Part shown: positions 8,081 to 15,150 of the stretch, in pieces | How positions within the stretch are numbered: position 1 is the stretch's first letter | Layout of the letters: each line of letters opens with the position of its first letter | NCBI GenBank assembly: GCA_045601085.1 | Contig: JAZRZD010000019.1 | Span: 1-47,647, forward strand | Length of the DNA: 47,647 nucleotides | Direction: 5' to 3' | Source: Bacilli bacterium | Lineage (GTDB): Bacteria; Bacillota_I; Bacilli_A; RFN20; CAG-826 | Program-made: the position numbers and the translations under genes | The notes under the pieces: generated by a model | Told to the model about the DNA's origin: nothing | Seen by the model: the letters and a program-made list of their open reading frames with translations, nothing else | Database searches by the model: none

Positions 8081-10867
8081 TTACTTATCATTGAGTTGGC
8101 TATCTGTATAACCTTGTTCCCAGTTATTTAATGTGAATGGCATATAACCAACATGGTAAAGTTCATCAAATGTTACTGCATTAGTCTTCTTAGAAGAATA
8201 TGTATCGAAGTTGCAGTAGGATGTTGATTCACCACCATAGATGAATCTACCAGATTTTGGAGTAGATGTATCAGCATAATAAATCTTTGATTTAGCTGAA
8301 TCGATATGGCCGTTTGAATCATGGATAATATCTACACCAATGATCATTCTTACATGGGTTGTAGAACCTTGAACAGTTCCAGTTGGAACATTATCTTTAT
8401 ATGTTTTACCTCTAGAGACAATACCATCACCAGGAAGAATATTAGCATATACTTCTTCAAAAATGTTTGTACCCGCTGCTAGAAGATTTTCTTGAAGTTG
8501 GTATCCAAATAATGATGTTTCATCAGTTGGCATTTTTGGCATTACTGGGTCACCAGGAATATGGACAAAATCGTGGTGATCGATTTGGACAGGTACGCCA
8601 TTTGACTTTTGAGCATATTCAGCTATGTTGCCAATACCTTCATCAACGGTGTCACATGCATATTGTATACAACCATATAGAAGTTCTTTTTCAGGTGCAA
8701 CCTTATAGCTATTAAGGAATCTTTTACCAAATGTAAGTGTGTAAGCAGCACTTACAGAAGCAGCACAGTCAAGACCATGTACTTGTGTGGTATTTTTCAT
8801 GAAACATTCTTCGATATGTTCATAATCATAGAAGTCATCATTTGTTGTGTTATAAAGAGTTCCTCTATATTTACCTGGTTGGAATAACCATTCATTGTAA
8901 CCATCTTTATAGGTCCAAGGTCTATTTGTTTCCCAACGTGAGGAAGCAAGTGTATTCATGTAATCACATGCTAATTTCCTATTTCCTGTAGCGGTATAAG
9001 TAACTTCACCATCAACTTTCTTAACATATGTTCCGTCATAGCGTTGTGGAGCAGTTTTAACATATTTACCAACGCTCTTAATGAAGAATGTTTTGCTTTC
9101 TGCATCATAACCTAAATCTTCACTAGAAATCTTAAGGTTAATAGCAGGTCTTGTACCTTTAACATCAGTTACTGACTTGTGATACAATTTGAATTCACCA
9201 CTAGCCTTAACTTGATCGTTATTGGTACTGTTATCACTTCTTAATAAATAATCTTCAGGTAATTTAAGAATATCTGGAGTTATATATTCTTCAACTTCTG
9301 CTCTACTAAGGAAGAACATTTTAGCATTTTCTAATTGCTTTGTTGGATCAGTTGAACCTAATGGAGCACTAGATGGAGAAATAATACTGTTAAGTGAGTC
9401 TGGGAAGTATCTTCTCATATATTCTTCGCACCATGCTTCAGCAGCAGTGCCAGTGAAATAATAGTTTGAAGTAACTCCATCAGCTGGGTATTTTGTCATA
9501 CCAGCAAGGCCAGTAGACACTAAGAACATACCTGGTTTTCCATCATTAGCCTTAAAGTCTAAGATATAGAAATCATTATAGGATCCTTCTTTGTATGGAA
9601 TTCTAACGATATCAAGTTGTTTTGCATTAACATATCCAGGTTTTTCACCATTTTTACTTTCAAAGTTAGCAAAAATTTCAGTATTTGCGGATATCTTAAG
9701 TGGGAAGGTAACTTTTTGAGTTCCTTCTTCATCAAAAGACCAACCTATAAATTTGTAGCCTTCTTTTATGTTAGGCATACCAATAGAATTAATGATTTTG
9801 TTTTTTGGAATTTTAATGGACAATTTTTCTTGTCCTTCGTTAATAAGTGAACCACTTGTTGTTGAATATAAATCTAAATTGTAATCACTAATAACAACAT
9901 CTTCTGCGATATGTGGACCAAAGTGTTCACAATATGTACCTTTAGGACCATAAGCAGTTCTTGCGTAAATGAAAAGTTCTTCTGCAGTAACGTTTCCATC
10001 TTTATCATAGTCAGCGTAGAAATAACCATATGGGTTTTTAGTAACACCTACACTAAATTGTGAAGCAAGATCACTTGGTAAAGAAATTGTTTCATCACTA
10101 GTGCTAACAAAGCTATATGGTCTATATGTAAATTGGTTGTTATATGTTGAAGAACCAGCATCAACTGGACCAGTAATAACAGTAAATTTCTCTCCATCAA
10201 GCTTATCTAAGAAGTTATAGCTATATACATAATTTGGATTAAATACTTGTCCGACATATGGAGCACTAATTAAAACATAGAATTTTCCATTATAATTCTT
10301 AAACCAGTTAAACATTGTAGGAATATCAATGAATTTATTTCCACCAGTGGTGTAATCATCAAAAAGTTGAAGTTGACCTTTACCATCAGCATTACAGCTT
10401 AAGATGACATAGCTGACATCGTTTTCTTCGTTATTTCCAAAAACTTGGTCAAATTCTGCTTTTAATGCAGATTTAGCATCATTAACAGATGCTTCGTTGA
10501 TAGGATTACAAGAGAGGAGTTTTGTAGCAGGATTGAATGCTTGATCAAAATTATTGAATGCGTATTCGCCTGCTCTTTGTAAGCTGTAATAACCATCTTT
10601 TTGAGTGGTATTTTTAGAGTCCCAAGATCTTACATATAAATGTCTTTTGCCAACAGGATCTTCATCATCTTCAGATTCCATGACCTTAGCGCTTGTAATG
10701 TAATATGGGTAGTCATAATCATAAGGATCATCATTAACAGGACCTGGACCTGGGCCAGGACCAGGACCAACTGGATCACCACCACCGCCATCAGCGGCAA
10801 CACAACCAGTTGTTAAGCAGCACAATCCTAAAATAGTACTTAAAAACAATTTCTTTGCTCTTTTCAT
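8081..10867 (-). CDS. Family B lipoprotein B1: degenerate caspase-like domain, InlB-B repeat, DUF6273-like domain, NlpC/P60-like domain with Cys-His intact
   Basis: Lipobox LTTGC; ADYDKDGNVTAEELFIY; KEGYKFIGW; FFLS..E/YLLRS/GTRPA; GLDC701...PGD...TH838VRM. Confidence 0.72.
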   Translation of the reverse strand: MKRAKKLFLSTILGLCCLTTGCVAADGGGGDPVGPGPGPGPGPVNDDPYDYDYPYYITSAKVMESEDDEDPVGKRHLYVRSWDSKNTTQKDGYYSLQRAGEYAFNNFDQAFNPATKLLSCNPINEASVNDAKSALKAEFDQVFGNNEENDVSYVILSCNADGKGQLQLFDDYTTGGNKFIDIPTMFNWFKNYNGKFYVLISAPYVGQVFNPNYVYSYNFLDKLDGEKFTVITGPVDAGSSTYNNQFTYRPYSFVSTSDETISLPSDLASQFSVGVTKNPYGYFYADYDKDGNVTAEELFIYARTAYGPKGTYCEHFGPHIAEDVVISDYNLDLYSTTSGSLINEGQEKLSIKIPKNKIINSIGMPNIKEGYKFIGWSFDEEGTQKVTFPLKISANTEIFANFESKNGEKPGYVNAKQLDIVRIPYKEGSYNDFYILDFKANDGKPGMFLVSTGLAGMTKYPADGVTSNYYFTGTAAEAWCEEYMRRYFPDSLNSIISPSSAPLGSTDPTKQLENAKMFFLSRAEVEEYITPDILKLPEDYLLRSDNSTNNDQVKASGEFKLYHKSVTDVKGTRPAINLKISSEDLGYDAESKTFFIKSVGKYVKTAPQRYDGTYVKKVDGEVTYTATGNRKLACDYMNTLASSRWETNRPWTYKDGYNEWLFQPGKYRGTLYNTTNDDFYDYEHIEECFMKNTTQVHGLDCAASVSAAYTLTFGKRFLNSYKVAPEKELLYGCIQYACDTVDEGIGNIAEYAQKSNGVPVQIDHHDFVHIPGDPVMPKMPTDETSLFGYQLQENLLAAGTNIFEEVYANILPGDGIVSRGKTYKDNVPTGTVQGSTTHVRMIIGVDIIHDSNGHIDSAKSKIYYADTSTPKSGRFIYGGESTSYCNFDTYSSKKTNAVTFDELYHVGYMPFTLNNWEQGYTDSQLNDK
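10738..10769 (-). repeat. Degenerate hexamer repeat encoding (Gly-Pro)n linker
   Basis: GGWCCW-type units encode GPGPGPGPGP after the lipobox; a similar tract lies in A1 at about 7790-7817. Confidence 0.75.
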
Positions 10868-10958
10868 ATATGCTTTTTCCCTCTTTACTTATTAATATAT
10901 TAATTTATTTAATAAATAACAATAAAAAGTGTCTAATTAAGTTATATGAATTATAAAT

Positions 10959-10990
10959 AAAAAGGCTGACATTATTCATACCAACCCTTT
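10959..10990 (-). terminator. Probable terminator after lipoprotein A2
   Basis: Minus strand GGGTTGG...TCAGCC-TTTTT; imperfect stem resembling the B1 terminator. Confidence 0.55.
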
Positions 10991-11009
10991 ATAAAAAAAT
11001 AATTAAGCT

Positions 11010-12329
11010 TTATGCTTGGATTACCTGTAAATGAGTAACATTATTGTTTTTAATATTAGCAGTATCGGTAGAAGTCATACCTGATTGAAGGACATCATTA
11101 AAGTATACTTTTAAACCAGACGCAAATTTAATTGTTCTATTAACACTATTAGTAGAAACAATAGCATATTTAGTAGCAGTAATATCTAATTCGCCATTTA
11201 CGTTAATAGGTGAATAACCTGCTCTAATACCATTAGCGAAGTTACTAATTTTTAATTTAGCACCCGCATTAATATCAATGTAGTTTGCTTTTAATCCATA
11301 ACCATTATTAGCAGTAGAATAATCTTTTGAATAATTAAGCGTTAATTGATTATCAATAGTAACTTTTGAATAATATGCTGTAGATGAAGAGTTACATGAG
11401 AATAATAAAGCAGGATCAGTAACACCTTTAGGAGCATTAATTGTTAATGGGTATCCAGTAATAATAAATTTACCTGCAACAGAGTCACTACATGGGAAGA
11501 TAATAGCAACATTATTAAGTATTACTCCACCAGGTTTAGCGACATTAATTGTTGTAGTTTTTGTTGATTTATCGATATTAATTTCAATACCTGGGAATTT
11601 TTGTGCAAATTCTAAATAATTATAAGCAGTTGTAACCATTTTTCCTGTTGCATAGTCATCAACAATAGCAAAACCATAATCATGAGTTTTAGTAACAACA
11701 TATGAATCTCTATTAATAGTTGTTGCGTCTTTTAATGTCCATGTCTCGGTTAAAACACCATTACTCCATGAAGATTCTTTAGCGTAATCAACTTCATTTA
11801 GTTTTGGGATTTCTATTGCCTCAACATCAGCATTACAAACACTACATTTTCCAGTAGCGGTACTACCAGCTTCTGTATATGTTGGTTCTATATCATTTCC
11901 ACCATTAATAAGTGTATGTTCTGTAACATCTATACCAAACACCTTGTCTTCATAACCGGCATCAGTGCATGCATGCCAGTGATGAGTACCATCAGAAGAC
12001 CATTCAGTAGAATAATGAAGTTCTAATTTTGGAATATCTTCTTTTTCCTTAACATATCCGCATATTTTGCATTTATTGCTTCTAACACCTTTAGCAGTTG
12101 CGGTTGGTTGTTTTGTTATAATCCATTCAAATGTGTGAGGTGCTTTATTAAACATTTCTTCACATCCAGGATCAGCGCAATAATGCCAATGGTAAGTTTC
12201 ATCTTTATCCCAAGAATGAGAAACATTATGTTCTGCAGGGTTAGGACCAGGTGAAGGTTGTTCCCCAGCACTACATCCAACTACAAAAATAAGAATTGGA
12301 AGTAGAATGATTAAATTTTTCCTTTTCAT
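11010..12329 (-). CDS. Family A lipoprotein A2
   Basis: Lipobox VVGC; WDKDETYHWHYC, CKICG, HHWHAC, CSVC; starts 22 nt downstream of the B2 stop with no terminator between. Confidence 0.8.
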   Translation of the reverse strand: MKRKNLIILLPILIFVVGCSAGEQPSPGPNPAEHNVSHSWDKDETYHWHYCADPGCEEMFNKAPHTFEWIITKQPTATAKGVRSNKCKICGYVKEKEDIPKLELHYSTEWSSDGTHHWHACTDAGYEDKVFGIDVTEHTLINGGNDIEPTYTEAGSTATGKCSVCNADVEAIEIPKLNEVDYAKESSWSNGVLTETWTLKDATTINRDSYVVTKTHDYGFAIVDDYATGKMVTTAYNYLEFAQKFPGIEINIDKSTKTTTINVAKPGGVILNNVAIIFPCSDSVAGKFIITGYPLTINAPKGVTDPALLFSCNSSSTAYYSKVTIDNQLTLNYSKDYSTANNGYGLKANYIDINAGAKLKISNFANGIRAGYSPINVNGELDITATKYAIVSTNSVNRTIKFASGLKVYFNDVLQSGMTSTDTANIKNNNVTHLQVIQA

Positions 12330-12351
12330 AATCTTTTAATTCCTGGTTAAA

Positions 12352-14991
12352 TTAATGTCCGGTTTCCCAATTATTTAATGTGACTGGAAGATATCCAGAC
12401 ACTAAAAGGTCACTAAATGACATAACATTTGCACCACTTTCGGAATAAACATCAGATGTAAGGAATGATGTTAATTGACCACCATAGATGAATCTACCAA
12501 CTTGTGGAGCGGAGGTATCTGCAAATATAACTTTTGATAAATCTGGATCAATTTTGCCACTACCATTATGAACAAGTTCAACGGCAGTAATTAATCTTGT
12601 GTGAGAGATATCTGCACCAGTATCAATAGTTCCTCTAGCAATAATCATGTCTCCTGGAAGAATGTTAGCATATACATCATCATTAATATTCTTACCATTA
12701 TTATCTAAGTTTGCTTGAATGCCGTCTAAGAAAACACCAGTATCATTATTTGAAGCAACAGGAAGAGTTGGAGAACCAACAACAGAAACATAGTCTTGAT
12801 ACTTAACTCTACCAACATCTTTATAATCTCTAATATCACCTGTACCTGAAGTAACAGCGTCGGCTGCAAAGTTTTTAATGGTATATAAGCTATCAGGTTG
12901 AGTCATGTCTAAAGCAGTAAACTTATAGTCAAATGTCATAGAATATGAAGCACTAATGGCTGCGCCAGCATCAGTACCATGAATATCAACACCATCAATA
13001 CAAGTATCAATATTTTCATAATCATAGAATTCTCTATCTAATTCATTGTAAACAAGACCTCTATAGCCTCCAGCTTTAAAAAGGAAACGATCTGTTTCAT
13101 TATATGCGTATGTAAATCCTACATTAGTTTCCCAATAAGTTGAGGCAAGTGTGTTCATATTGTCACAAACGAGTTTTCTATTACCGCTTGCAGTATATGT
13201 AACATTACCGTCTGTTTTAACAGTGTAAGTGCCATCATAACGTTGTGGTGCTTTTTTAATATATCTACCAACACTCTTAATGTAGAATGTTTCACTATCA
13301 GGATCAAACGCTAAATCTTCTTTAGAAATACTAAGGTTAAATGCTGGTCTAGTGCCTCTAACTTCAGTGTTAGCTTTTGAGCCGTTATAGTAAATACTAC
13401 CGCTAGTTCCGACATAACAGTTTTTAAGATTACCATCGGACATTAAGAAGTAAGATTCTTTTAATCCTCTATTACTTGTTGTGAAGTATTTGTTAGCTTC
13501 ATCCTTATTAAGGAAGAATACTTTTTCATTATCTAACTTAAATGAATCACCTGATCCAAATGACGCATTAGATGGGGAAATTAAATTTATGGCATTTTCT
13601 GGGAATAATTTATTCATGTATTCATTACACCAAGCTTGTGCTTTAGTGCCATCAAAATAATATCCTTCAGTTTGTCCTTCGTTAGGGAAACAGGTCATAC
13701 CTGCAATATCTTTAGAAACAAGGAACATTCCTTCTTTATCATCATTTGTTTTGAAATCTAAGATAATAAAGTCGCCATAAGTGCCATCTTTATATGGAAT
13801 TCTAAGAATGTCTTTTTCTTTTGCAGAAATATAACCACTTGGTAATTCTATTTCTTCATCTTCACTCTTGTAATTAGCAAATAATTTAGTGTTCTCGCTT
13901 AATGTGAATGGGAAAGATACTCTATTTTTGCCTTGTTTATCATATGACCAGTATGCAAATTTATAGCCTTCTTTTGCAGTAGGCATACCAAGAGAATCAA
14001 TAATTTTGTTATCAGGAATATTAAAAATTAAATGTTCACCACTAGAGGCTAAAGAACCACTAGTTGTGGAGAATAATTCCAAAGTATGATTTGAAATAAA
14101 AATTTCGTTTCCACGGTTTGGAGCGTAATAATGACAATCAGTACCTTTACTACCAAATCCTGCTCTTCCATAATAGAAAATTTCATCGAGAGTGACATTG
14201 CCATCATGGTCAATATCAGCATCCATTTTATTGTTTGCATCAGGCACAATACCCGCACTGATTTTTCCATCTACATCAGCAACGCCATAATAGTAAGGTG
14301 TATATAAATTTGATGTAGAAGCTTCAAGATAAACTACGAATTTATCACCATATGAATCTAAGAAATTAATAAAGTTTGTACTCATATTTGGGTAATTTGG
14401 ATCAAGCCATCTACCACAGAAACAAGCATTAACGAATACATAAAATTTACCTTTATATTGGCTTAACCATTCAAAAACCTTATTAAGTTTAACTACATGG
14501 GAATAATTATCAGTGCTAATAACGCCATCATCAAAGATAGCTAATCCACCAGCGGCATCACCATGGGCACCAAATACAACATAGTTAATATCGTTATCTT
14601 CGTTATTTGCGAAGAATGCATCCATTTCATTTTTCAAAAGTTCATGGCAACCACTTTCACCAACACCAGCCATTGGATCAACAGAAAGCAAATGGGTGTC
14701 AGGATTTAAAGCAGCCATAAAATTATCGTAAGTAAATTCAGCAGCGCCTTGCATACCACGTTTACCATCTTTAATTTCTGGTCTTACTGTGTCCCAAGTT
14801 CTTATATAAAGGTGCTTTTTACCAACATTAGTAGGAATTTCTGATGTTTCCATTGCTTTGGAATCAGTAATTAAATAATCAAATTCATATTCTTTACTGG
14901 TTGGATCATCAACAGGATTACTAACACATCCAGTGGTTAAACAAGAAAGTGTTAATAATGAACCTAAAAGAAATTTTTTGCTTCTGCCCAT
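12352..14991 (-). CDS. Family B lipoprotein B2: caspase-like domain with intact His-Cys dyad, InlB-B repeat, DUF6273-like domain, NlpC/P60-like domain lacking catalytic Cys
   Basis: Lipobox LTTGC; YVVFGAH143G and YVFVNAC190FCG; ADIDHDGNVTLDEIFYY; GTDA675 in place of GLDC. Confidence 0.75.
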   Translation of the reverse strand: MGRSKKFLLGSLLTLSCLTTGCVSNPVDDPTSKEYEFDYLITDSKAMETSEIPTNVGKKHLYIRTWDTVRPEIKDGKRGMQGAAEFTYDNFMAALNPDTHLLSVDPMAGVGESGCHELLKNEMDAFFANNEDNDINYVVFGAHGDAAGGLAIFDDGVISTDNYSHVVKLNKVFEWLSQYKGKFYVFVNACFCGRWLDPNYPNMSTNFINFLDSYGDKFVVYLEASTSNLYTPYYYGVADVDGKISAGIVPDANNKMDADIDHDGNVTLDEIFYYGRAGFGSKGTDCHYYAPNRGNEIFISNHTLELFSTTSGSLASSGEHLIFNIPDNKIIDSLGMPTAKEGYKFAYWSYDKQGKNRVSFPFTLSENTKLFANYKSEDEEIELPSGYISAKEKDILRIPYKDGTYGDFIILDFKTNDDKEGMFLVSKDIAGMTCFPNEGQTEGYYFDGTKAQAWCNEYMNKLFPENAINLISPSNASFGSGDSFKLDNEKVFFLNKDEANKYFTTSNRGLKESYFLMSDGNLKNCYVGTSGSIYYNGSKANTEVRGTRPAFNLSISKEDLAFDPDSETFYIKSVGRYIKKAPQRYDGTYTVKTDGNVTYTASGNRKLVCDNMNTLASTYWETNVGFTYAYNETDRFLFKAGGYRGLVYNELDREFYDYENIDTCIDGVDIHGTDAGAAISASYSMTFDYKFTALDMTQPDSLYTIKNFAADAVTSGTGDIRDYKDVGRVKYQDYVSVVGSPTLPVASNNDTGVFLDGIQANLDNNGKNINDDVYANILPGDMIIARGTIDTGADISHTRLITAVELVHNGSGKIDPDLSKVIFADTSAPQVGRFIYGGQLTSFLTSDVYSESGANVMSFSDLLVSGYLPVTLNNWETGH

Positions 14992-15031
14992 ATGTTTTCT
15001 CCTTTTTTTATAAAAAAGTACTTATGCTGTC

Positions 15032-15060
15032 ATTATGTCATTACTAAAATAATTTTTCAA
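15032..15060 (-). promoter_or_regulatory. SigA-type promoter of B2-A2
   Basis: TTGAAA-17 nt-CATAAT with TGn extension; the same -35 and -10 hexamers occur upstream of B3. Confidence 0.65.
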
Positions 15061-15097
15061 ATAAAATCATTTTTGTAATTATCTAGTATATTTCCAA

Positions 15098-15133
15098 AAT
15101 AAAAGAACCACCAATTAATTATCAGCGGTTCTT
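15098..15133 (-). terminator. Intrinsic terminator after lipoprotein B3
   Basis: Minus strand AAGAACCGC...GTGGTTCTT-TT. Confidence 0.7.
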
Positions 15134-15150
15134 AAATATTTAGTTATAGA

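Noticed and set aside
9965-10020. DxDxDG motif as a stand-alone EF-hand or dockerin
   Set aside because: Single copy per protein, located where caspase-like domains normally carry this tail. Ca2+ binding is possible but it is not a separate domain.
7790-10769. Pro-Gly hexamer tracts as phase-variation switches or CRISPR-like repeats
   Set aside because: The unit length is a multiple of 3 and the repeats are degenerate, so slippage would only change linker length; there are no spacers.
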